Positions 1 to 6,965 of a stretch of DNA of 19,297 bases are shown here, in pieces. The stretch spans positions 1-19,297 of the forward strand of contig JBGATO010000067.1 of assembly GCA_044229145.1 (NCBI GenBank), written 5' to 3'. The number at the start of each line of letters is the position of its first letter. The stretch's first letter is position 1. The notes beneath the pieces are model-generated. The model saw only the letters and a program-made list of their open reading frames with translations. It was not told where the DNA came from and ran no database searches. Position numbers and translations under genes: made by a program. The DNA comes from Candidatus Eiseniibacteriota bacterium. Lineage in GTDB: Bacteria > Eisenbacteria > RBG-16-71-46 > CAZEPH01.

Positions 1-1059
1 CAGCGGCCCGCGATCCTCCCAGCGCACTACGCGCCAGCGTGGCGCGCCACTGGACGGCGCATCCTTCGCCACCGTGATCACCGAGTGCACAAAGCCGACG
101 TTGAGCACGCGCCCATCGCGAAACGCGATCCGCTGATTGGTGTTCGCCAGGTCGAATTGCAGGCGCGTCGAATCCGACGCCGGGGCACCCCTGACCCAGA
201 CGAGCGAATCGCCCGTGGGCCACAAGGTCAGCCGCAGATCGACGATGTCCGGCGAGCGGCTGATATACGCGAGGTACGCCGCCTCGGACGCGGCGCCGCG
301 GCCATGGACCGTCGACGCATCCGTCACCTCCCACGTGTGCTGGAACTGCGTCGAGTCGATGACGCTGGAGAAGTACGCCACTGCGTTTGCCACCTGCGCG
401 TGCGAGAACGCGCTTTCGAGCGCATGCACTGCGCCCTCCGCGGTGGCCGGCGGTCCGCCGAAGCCATAGTCGACGAAGACCGTCCCGATGGTGTCGGCCG
501 GCAGTGTCGCGGTGGTGTCGACGTCGACAGGCACGCCCGCGCCCCACGCCCATTGCGTGATGCGCCAAGGCGCTTCGCGCGGGCCCGTGGGCGCCACGAC
601 CACGAACACCGACTGCGTGGTGTTGTACGTCCCGACCGGCGCCGGGTTGAGCGACACCGCGCGCAGATGGAACGCCAGCGCGCCCGGCGGCTCGAGCGGC
701 ACCAGCGTCTGCAGCGGAATCGTGTCCATCGACACCGACACCTGGATCGTCCGCCACCGCTGGAAGAGGAGCGCGGTGCGCGCCAGCTCGCAGTCGTAGT
801 CGCACGCCGGCATCGCGCGCCCGAGGTAGGTGCTCGTGTAGCGATGCGGGTCGAGCAGCCCGGCAAGCAGCTCGAGGTCGTGCGTGCGATACGCAATCGC
901 CCAATCGGAGATGACCGCGCCCGGCGTGGTGGGAGGCCGGATCGCGTTCGACGATCCGGGCACGCGCGGCCGGCCTGGCGAGACGCTGTCGTCACACCCG
1001 CCCACCGCGAGGGTGAGAAGCAGTGCGCCGCCGGCCACGGCGCGCGTCAGCATGTGCAT
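1..1059 (-). CDS. Lipoprotein with two tandem copies of the repeated NTF2-like domain (3'-truncated by window edge)
   Basis: Not in the ORF track because it has no stop inside the window; translated by hand. ATG at 1059 after AGAGGTGG; MHMLTRAVAGGALLLTLAVGG-C lipobox; 353 open codons to position 1. Domain 1: IRPPTTPGAVISDWAIAY...WRITQW. Domain 2: GPPATAEGAVHALESAF...WRVVRWED. Confidence 0.85.
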   Translation of the reverse strand, partial: MHMLTRAVAGGALLLTLAVGGCDDSVSPGRPRVPGSSNAIRPPTTPGAVISDWAIAYRTHDLELLAGLLDPHRYTSTYLGRAMPACDYDCELARTALLFQRWRTIQVSVSMDTIPLQTLVPLEPPGALAFHLRAVSLNPAPVGTYNTTQSVFVVVAPTGPREAPWRITQWAWGAGVPVDVDTTATLPADTIGTVFVDYGFGGPPATAEGAVHALESAFSHAQVANAVAYFSSVIDSTQFQHTWEVTDASTVHGRGAASEAAYLAYISRSPDIVDLRLTLWPTGDSLVWVRGAPASDSTRLQFDLANTNQRIAFRDGRVLNVGFVHSVITVAKDAPSSGAPRWRVVRWEDRGPL

Positions 1060-1069
1060 GACCACCTCT

Positions 1070-1693
1070 CTACCGGAAGTACATCGCCTTGATGGCGCCC
1101 CACGTTGCGGGCAGAACGGCCGTGGGATGCACGCGCCCTGGCGCGGCGGCGGGCGGCGCCGTGCCGTCCTCCCACCGCACGATCCGCCACACGCCGGAGA
1201 ACGGCGCGATGTAAAACGTCGCGGTGCCGTGCGTTTGGTAGAGAATGTCGCCGCGCTGGACTTGCAGGTCGACGCCATTGATGTCGATCTTCAGCGTGCC
1301 CGGCGGATCGCCCGGCGCCGTGGACGCAATCGCGGAGGCGGTGTCGGCCAGCGGGAAGACGAGCGCGAGCCTCGAGACGCTTGGATCGGTGAGCAGCCCG
1401 CGCGTGGTCAATGATTCCTGCGGGGCGCCCCAATACACGGGCAGCGAGGGGGTCGAACTCTGCGGATCGAAATACTTGAAGACGAAGCTCGGGGCGAGCA
1501 GCGCGGCGTACGTGTCGGCCGCTTCCGCATCGTGGTTCTCGTACGCCAAACCGAAGTCATGCAGCACGGCGCCCGGCGAAGTTTGCGGTCGATACGGGGA
1601 GCACGACTTCCCCTCGCACGGCGAAAGAACCTTTTGCTTGCATCCCGTCACCGCCATCGCCACAAACACTAACGCCATCGCCAACCGTCGCAT
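1070..1693 (-). CDS. Lipoprotein, single repeated domain, C-terminal TWGAIKAMYFR tail
   Basis: AGGAGG RBS; MRRLAMALVFVAMAVTG-C lipobox; YRPQTSPGAVL...WRIVRWED; close paralog of 3211..3918. Confidence 0.9.
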   Translation of the reverse strand: MRRLAMALVFVAMAVTGCKQKVLSPCEGKSCSPYRPQTSPGAVLHDFGLAYENHDAEAADTYAALLAPSFVFKYFDPQSSTPSLPVYWGAPQESLTTRGLLTDPSVSRLALVFPLADTASAIASTAPGDPPGTLKIDINGVDLQVQRGDILYQTHGTATFYIAPFSGVWRIVRWEDGTAPPAAAPGRVHPTAVLPATWGAIKAMYFR

Positions 1694-1781
1694 CGACCCT
1701 CCTGCGCGGCACCGCCGTGGCGGCGTGCCGCATCGTCCGTCTCCGTATCGCAGAGTACGACACGGAGCGGCGGACGGCCAG

Positions 1782-2061
1782 GCGCCGGAGGGCGTAGCCG
1801 CCTAACGCAGGTAGAGCTGCTTGATCCCCGCCCAGGAGAGCCCGGTGACCGCCGGCACGGACGCGGCCGCACCGCTCGGCGGCGGCACCGGCACCGTCGC
1901 ATCTTCCCAGCGCACGATCTTGCGCCGGAGGGCGTAGCCGCCTAACGCAGGTAGAGCTGCTTGATCCCCGCCCAGGAGAGCCCGGTGACCGCCGGCACGG
2001 ACGCGGCCGCACCGCTCGGCGGCGGCACCGGCACCGTCGCATCTTCCCAGCGCACGATCTT
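1782..2061. repeat. Exact tandem duplication, 2 x 140 bp (1782-1921 and 1922-2061)
   Basis: Base-by-base identical copies. The unit is the last 39 codons plus stop of the 1942..3072 gene plus 20 nt downstream. Confidence 0.97.
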
Positions 2062-3072
2062 CCACTGTCCGGCGACCGGCGCGACGTAGATCTCGGCGGC
2101 GCCGGTGCATCCCCACTGCTGCCCGGCGTTGAAGAACGTGAAGGCGATGTCGCTGACGTGGCAGCGCAGGGCGCCGGGCGGATCGCCGGGGACGTCGCTC
2201 GCCGTCATCGCCGCGGTGTCGGCGCGTGCGGTGAGGAAGCGCAACCGCGGGGCCGCGCCGGGATCGCGGAACAGCGCCTGCGCGGCAACCAGCTCGCTGC
2301 CCATCGGCCACTCGTGCGTGCCACCTCCGTCGCTGTAGCGGAACACGAAGCGGCCGGCGTCGAACAGCGTCGCATACTCGGCGGCCGCCGGTTCGTCGCA
2401 GTGCTGCCAGCACAGGCCGAGGTCGATGATCGGCGCCGCCGGTGTGGTGAGCGGGCGATACCGCGGCTGCACCGAGGTCACGACATCGGTCCAGCGCACC
2501 ACCTGCCAGCGCAGCGGACGCGCAGAGGTGTCGACGGGCGCCACGTACATGTCCCACGTGCCGGTGATCACGCTGTCCGCGTAGCCGCGGCTCCACACCA
2601 GTGTGTACGGGCGATCCTTGAAGCGGTAGGTCTGCGGCGGATCTCCGATCAGCGCGCACGGCGTCGGCGCCACGGTGTCGCCGGGCTGCGTGAGCCACGT
2701 GAGCTGCGCCTTGGTGACGGTCGGATCGTGCACGAATAGATTCGCGAACAACGCACGTTCGCGTCCCCAATAGCGGTGCTCGACCACCGAGGCGTACTGC
2801 GTCGAGTCCGCGACCTCGCGCACGAAGGTGTCCTTGCGCATCAGCGTCTCGAGCATGGCGATCGCATCGTCATCGCGGTTCGTGTAGAGCTGCAGGAGGT
2901 CGACGAGCGGCGCGGCGGGTGTGGACAGCGGGCGGTAGCCGAGCGGTACCGGCAGCGGATCGTCCACCGGCGGCGGCGCGGTCACGCTCGTGCACCCGGC
3001 GACGCACGCCAGGCACACGAGCACGAGCGCGCGGCGAAACGCGCGCGGCAATGTCGACACGGACACGGACAT
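1942..3072 (-). CDS. Lipoprotein with two tandem repeated domains, C-terminal SWAGIKQLYLR tail
   Basis: Start moved to ATG 3072 (MSVSVSTLPRAFRRALVLVCLACVAG-C lipobox), downstream of a predicted promoter. Internal repeat: YRPLSTPAAP...WQVVRWTD and YRPLTTPAAP...WKIVRWED. Confidence 0.88.
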   Translation of the reverse strand: MSVSVSTLPRAFRRALVLVCLACVAGCTSVTAPPPVDDPLPVPLGYRPLSTPAAPLVDLLQLYTNRDDDAIAMLETLMRKDTFVREVADSTQYASVVEHRYWGRERALFANLFVHDPTVTKAQLTWLTQPGDTVAPTPCALIGDPPQTYRFKDRPYTLVWSRGYADSVITGTWDMYVAPVDTSARPLRWQVVRWTDVVTSVQPRYRPLTTPAAPIIDLGLCWQHCDEPAAAEYATLFDAGRFVFRYSDGGGTHEWPMGSELVAAQALFRDPGAAPRLRFLTARADTAAMTASDVPGDPPGALRCHVSDIAFTFFNAGQQWGCTGAAEIYVAPVAGQWKIVRWEDATVPVPPPSGAAASVPAVTGLSWAGIKQLYLR

Positions 3073-3125
3073 GGGTCCCCAGTCTGGCAGAGCGCGAGGA
3101 GGCCGGCAACGCACGGGAGGCTCCG

Positions 3126-3153
3126 AGTATAGCCGCGGACCACGCCGGGGCAA
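3126..3153 (-). promoter_or_regulatory. Putative sigma70 promoter for the 1942..3072 gene
   Basis: Minus strand TTGCCC-N16-TATACT, about 55 nt upstream of ATG 3072. Confidence 0.5.
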
Positions 3154-3192
3154 AAGCGTCACGGCCGGCGAGTGCGGGACTCGCCGGCCGTG
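3152..3192 (-). terminator. Putative intrinsic terminator after the 3211..3918 gene
   Basis: Perfect 14-bp stem CACGGCCGGCGAGT/ACTCGCCGGCCGTG (3160-3192), 5-nt loop, followed on the minus strand by ACGCTTTT (weak U tract). Confidence 0.55.
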
Positions 3193-3210
3193 CAATCTCT
3201 GCCGCGTGGC

Positions 3211-3918
3211 TTAGCTGCCTTGCTGCGCCGCCAGCCGGGCCGCCTCGCGGAGCGCGTCGCCTGGGTGCGGGAAGCGCGCCGAGGTCAGGCTGGCGAGCGG
3301 GCCGTCGCCGGCACCCTTGCTGGCCGGCCGCGGCGCGGCGGCCGGCGGCGCGGTGTTGTCCTCCCAGCGCACGATCTGGTACACGCCGGCGATCGGCGCC
3401 ACGTAGAAGTCCGCCGAGCCGTGCGTCTGGTAGAGGATGTCGCCGCGCTGCACCTGCAGGTCGATGCCGTTGATCGTGATCTTCATCGTCCCCACCGGGT
3501 CGCCGACGAACGACGACGGCTCGATGTTCGCGGTGTCGGCAAGCGGGAACACCAGTGCGAGGGTCGTCACGGTCGCGTCGGTAAGCAGACCTTGCGCGGT
3601 GGCGATCTCCTCCGAGTACCCCCAGAACTGCGGCGTCGACGGCGTCGAACTCTGCGGGTCGTAGTAGCGGAACTGATAGTTGCTGGCGATCAGTGTTTTG
3701 TACTGATCGACCGCCTCCGCGTTGTGGTTCTCGTAGGTGAGCACCAAGTTGTAGAGCGGCGCCGCATACGTGGTGAGCGGGCGATAGTCCGGAATCTGCG
3801 GCCCCTTGCACTCGGGCCGCGTGCACTCCTTGACGCATCCGGCGAAGACGAGGAGGGCCGCGACGGACGCGAGCGCGCCGGAGACGGCGTGGGAACGCAG
3901 GAACGACAGGTGACGCAT
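3211..3918 (-). CDS. Lipoprotein, single repeated domain, paralog of 1070..1693 but with a different tail
   Basis: Start moved to ATG 3918 with GGAGG RBS; MRHLSFLRSHAVSGALASVAALLVFAG-C lipobox. Shares DPQSSTPS, LALVFPLADTA, DLQVQRGDILYQTHG, IVRWED and TAPPAAAP with 1070..1693. Confidence 0.9.
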   Translation of the reverse strand: MRHLSFLRSHAVSGALASVAALLVFAGCVKECTRPECKGPQIPDYRPLTTYAAPLYNLVLTYENHNAEAVDQYKTLIASNYQFRYYDPQSSTPSTPQFWGYSEEIATAQGLLTDATVTTLALVFPLADTANIEPSSFVGDPVGTMKITINGIDLQVQRGDILYQTHGSADFYVAPIAGVYQIVRWEDNTAPPAAAPRPASKGAGDGPLASLTSARFPHPGDALREAARLAAQQGS

Positions 3919-4139
3919 GACATCCTCCCGGACGAAACCGTGACCAGCCCGGCGGCCTTCCGAGGCCGGCGGCGGACTGCGCAAACTGGAGCCGAACACC
4001 ACGGGCCAGGCGGCTCCGCGATGGCGCGACGACGAACGACGAGCGCTATCAAGTCGACGGCTTTGGACGTCCTCCACGGGCCGCGCGTGGGCGGCGAATC
4101 GACGGCTCCCTGCGACTGTCACGAGAAGCGGGGAACCAG

Positions 4140-4148
4140 AGTGTAGCA
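4140..4148 (-). promoter_or_regulatory. Putative extended -10 promoter for the 3211..3918 gene
   Basis: Minus strand TGCTACACT (TGn + TACACT); the identical 9-mer precedes holB at 11565-11573. Confidence 0.45.
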
Positions 4149-4290
4149 TATCGGCAGGTCCGGCAGAGCGCTGGAGCCCGGGAGGCGGGCCATCAGGCGC
4201 AGTCCCTCCTACCCGCCGCTCCGCGAGCAAGTTCCGGCATCTGCACCGGCTGCGCGCCTCGCCCCAGCCGCGCCGCGCGGCACGGCCGGG

Positions 4291-4872
4291 CTAGCTCCGG
4301 CGGTAGAGGCCGAAGCTGCGGAAGCCTCCCACCCGGTGATCGACCCAGCGCAAGAGCGACCACGTTGCGATGCCGGCGGGACGGCGGAAGGTGATGTCCG
4401 CGGTCCCGGCGTAGATGGTCGAGTCGTTCGAGGCGATCGGGCTGGTGTAAATGGTGTAGGAGCACTCATAGTGCGCGGTGTCGGCGAGCGAGGCATCCTG
4501 TCCGGTGCCGCCGGCCTGGATCGACGGGAATTCGACGCGCACCGAGTCCACGCGCGTGTTGTCGCTCTGGTTGTAGCGCGACTCGCTCTGCTTGTCCCAC
4601 GAGGCCGGCGGGCCGACGCTCACCGCGTCCTGCGGATCCATGTAGAGCAGGAAGTCGGTGTCGAGCAGGTCTTCGTAGAGCGGTTCGCCATTGGCGCGCG
4701 CACCGAGCGAGCAGCGGATGTCGATGAACACGCTGTCGGCGGCGCGGCGGCTGGTCTTGCAGACACCGCTCGTATTGACGGGCACCTCCGCGTCACGCGG
4801 CGAAAAGAAATCGCACCCGGCCAGGAGCGCCGCCATCGCCGCGGCGGCGGCGAGGATCCGTCGCACTCTCAT
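4291..4872 (-). CDS. Lipoprotein, divergent member of the repeated-domain family, translationally coupled to the beta-barrel gene
   Basis: ATG 4872 overlaps the TGA of the upstream gene (ATGA); MRVRRILAAAAAMAALLAG-C lipobox; YEDLLDTDFLLYMD...SWDKQSE...WSLLRWVD. Confidence 0.88.
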   Translation of the reverse strand: MRVRRILAAAAAMAALLAGCDFFSPRDAEVPVNTSGVCKTSRRAADSVFIDIRCSLGARANGEPLYEDLLDTDFLLYMDPQDAVSVGPPASWDKQSESRYNQSDNTRVDSVRVEFPSIQAGGTGQDASLADTAHYECSYTIYTSPIASNDSTIYAGTADITFRRPAGIATWSLLRWVDHRVGGFRSFGLYRRS

Positions 4873-6965
4873 TTGAAGAACACCTTGGTCAGACTGCTGT
4901 CGATGCGCCAGTACGGCTTCTCGGTGGTGCCCGCCAGTTCGTAGCGTGTGACGTCCACCGACAAGCGGGCGCCGCTGCCGAAGTTGTAGGTGATCGTGCC
5001 TTGCGGCGTGATGCTCAGCTGGCGTCGCGACGACTTCGGATCGAACTCGCAGACGAAGCGGTCGTACGCCACCTTGCACGCCGAGTACGAGTGCAGGAAG
5101 TAGAGCCGCTGCGCGAGCGAGAACTTGAGCTTGCCGGGCGCGTAGTTGAGCGTGGTGCGCAGTTCCTGCGAGCGGTCCTGGTTCGACTGGCTGAACAGGC
5201 GGCCGTAGGAAACGCCGTCGACGATGAGCGGCGCGTAGGCGCCCTTGCGCAGCACCAGCGCGCTGTGCGTCATCTCGACCTTGACCCGCGGCGACAGCTG
5301 CGAGATCAGCGACGAGTTCACCGTCATCGATCCGCTGTAGTAGTTCCGGTTCTCGAAGAAGTCGACGAAGGTGAAGTCGGACTTGAACTGCACGCCCTCG
5401 GTGATCGTGGTGTTCGGCGTGATGACATAGGTCATCGACGGCGTGAAGAGATAGGTTTGCTTGGTGGCGTTGTTCGCCGAGCGCGTCTTGGCGATCGCCA
5501 CGTCGTGCCGTTCGCTGGCGTCGTAGCTTGCCATCAGCGTCATCTTCTTCGAGGCGGTCCAGGTGCCGCTTACCGCACCGCGCCGCACCGCGACGTCGCG
5601 ATCGCTCTTGGAGTCGATGAACTCGTCGCGTTGCAGCGACAGATTGCTCGCGCCGTGCAGCCGCAGCTTGCCGAGCGTGCGGTCGAGCGTGAGATCGAGC
5701 GAATGCGACGTGCGCGTGCCGTCGAGACTGGTGTCGGTGGGACGCAGCTCGGGGTGATTCTCGTCGGAGGTCTCGTCGGCGAAGTTGCCGGCGATGTCGA
5801 AACCCCAGATACGCCACGACTCGACCTTGAGTTCGTACCGGTGCGTCGTCTTCTTCACGTCGGTACTGGCGGTGTGGGTGTGCGCGTCGTCGACGTGGCC
5901 GTAGGTGAAGGTGAAGGCGCCGCGCAGCGGACCGTCGGTGAGACCGCTCGAGGCGGTGAGGCCGCGGTGCGCGTACGTGTGGCGCTCTTGGCCGTTGTAG
6001 AGGCTGAGATAGTATTCGTCCTGGCGCGAGTCGTCCGAGAGCGAGAGTTGGAACTGCGTGCTGGCACCGGGCGTGAGAGTCGCCTCGAGGGTGTTGGTGC
6101 GCATGCTGTTGTTGGTGGTCGAGGTGGTGTCGCTCGAGGCGATGATGGCGCCGGTCGAGTCGGACCACTGGATGCGCGTGCGATTGTCGAGGCGCTCGCG
6201 GTTGTAGTCGTAGCGGCTGGTGACGCGCAGCGCGGTGCCGGCGTAGTAGGTGCCGTCGCCGTGCAGTGTGCCGGTGAGCCCGCTGCCGTGCGGCAAGTCG
6301 ACACGGTTCGGCGCGTCCGGACGATCGGGGTCCTTCGACGTCTGCTTTTCGTCGGATTGCGCGCGGCCGCCTTCAGCCTTGAAGCCCAGCGCGTAGACGC
6401 CGGTGCGCTCGCGCTTGAAGTCGCCGCCGAGGGTGAGATTGCTCTTGTCGTCGCGGTTCGAGCCGCGCGTGTCGGAGTAGAGATTCTTCGGAATCGTCCA
6501 GTCGGCGCGGAAGTTGAGCGCGTCGTTCGCCTTATAGGTCAGCGAGGTTTGGCTGTCGAGCCGTTCGGTGCGCGTGGTGTTCTTGTTGAAGTCCTTGTCC
6601 CGGCCGATGGTGCCGTTGGTGCGGTGCTCGATGGTGAGGCGCCCCACCGGCAGAAAGAACGCGAGATTCTGCGACCAGTCGGTGTGCAGACGGTTGAGGC
6701 CATAGTGCGTGGTGTAGGTCGGCTGGAACTTCCGCGTGTTCTCTTCGGTCTCGGCGCCGTCTTCGGTCGCGGCGTCGCCGGTGGTGGAGTCGGCCTTGGC
6801 GGCGAGCGCGCCGAGCACACCGCCGGCCGCGTTCGTGGTGTCGCCCTCTGCGGTGGCGCCGGGCGATTGCGCGTGCGCGGCCCCGGCGGCCAGCAGCAGC
6901 ACACACACCGCCCACGGCAGCAGGCGGCGCAGCGTGTCACGCGATGGGGCAATCGCGGCGGTCAT
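4869..6965 (-). CDS. Hypothetical large outer-membrane beta-barrel-like protein
   Basis: Signal peptide ending AHA-Q; Ala/Thr/acidic linker; then about 620 aa of Thr/Ser/Tyr-rich alternating amphipathic strands; C-terminus YWRIDSSLTKVFFK; ATGA overlaps at both ends. Confidence 0.75.
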   Translation of the reverse strand: MTAAIAPSRDTLRRLLPWAVCVLLLAAGAAHAQSPGATAEGDTTNAAGGVLGALAAKADSTTGDAATEDGAETEENTRKFQPTYTTHYGLNRLHTDWSQNLAFFLPVGRLTIEHRTNGTIGRDKDFNKNTTRTERLDSQTSLTYKANDALNFRADWTIPKNLYSDTRGSNRDDKSNLTLGGDFKRERTGVYALGFKAEGGRAQSDEKQTSKDPDRPDAPNRVDLPHGSGLTGTLHGDGTYYAGTALRVTSRYDYNRERLDNRTRIQWSDSTGAIIASSDTTSTTNNSMRTNTLEATLTPGASTQFQLSLSDDSRQDEYYLSLYNGQERHTYAHRGLTASSGLTDGPLRGAFTFTYGHVDDAHTHTASTDVKKTTHRYELKVESWRIWGFDIAGNFADETSDENHPELRPTDTSLDGTRTSHSLDLTLDRTLGKLRLHGASNLSLQRDEFIDSKSDRDVAVRRGAVSGTWTASKKMTLMASYDASERHDVAIAKTRSANNATKQTYLFTPSMTYVITPNTTITEGVQFKSDFTFVDFFENRNYYSGSMTVNSSLISQLSPRVKVEMTHSALVLRKGAYAPLIVDGVSYGRLFSQSNQDRSQELRTTLNYAPGKLKFSLAQRLYFLHSYSACKVAYDRFVCEFDPKSSRRQLSITPQGTITYNFGSGARLSVDVTRYELAGTTEKPYWRIDSSLTKVFFK

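Noticed and set aside
1706..1775. Two hairpins upstream of the 1070..1693 gene as a riboswitch
   Set aside because: GC-rich stems with no recognisable aptamer motif or U tract; expected by chance at this composition.
1782..2061. Diversity-generating retroelement VR/TR pair (duplicated gene 3' end)
   Set aside because: Copies are identical with no adenine-specific mismatches, not AAC-rich, and no reverse transcriptase is in the window.
1782..2061. CRISPR array
   Set aside because: Only two abutting 140-bp copies, no spacers, no cas genes.
1802..2770. 322-aa ORF (and 1557..2042, 1669..1902) as real genes or a programmed frameshift
   Set aside because: Off-frame Arg-rich readings created by the 140-bp duplication joining the second tail copy; no slippery site or RBS seen.
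4873..6168. N-terminal 432 codons of the 625-aa ORF 4291..6168
   Set aside because: Off-frame shadow of the barrel gene; the lipoprotein signal begins at ATG 4872.
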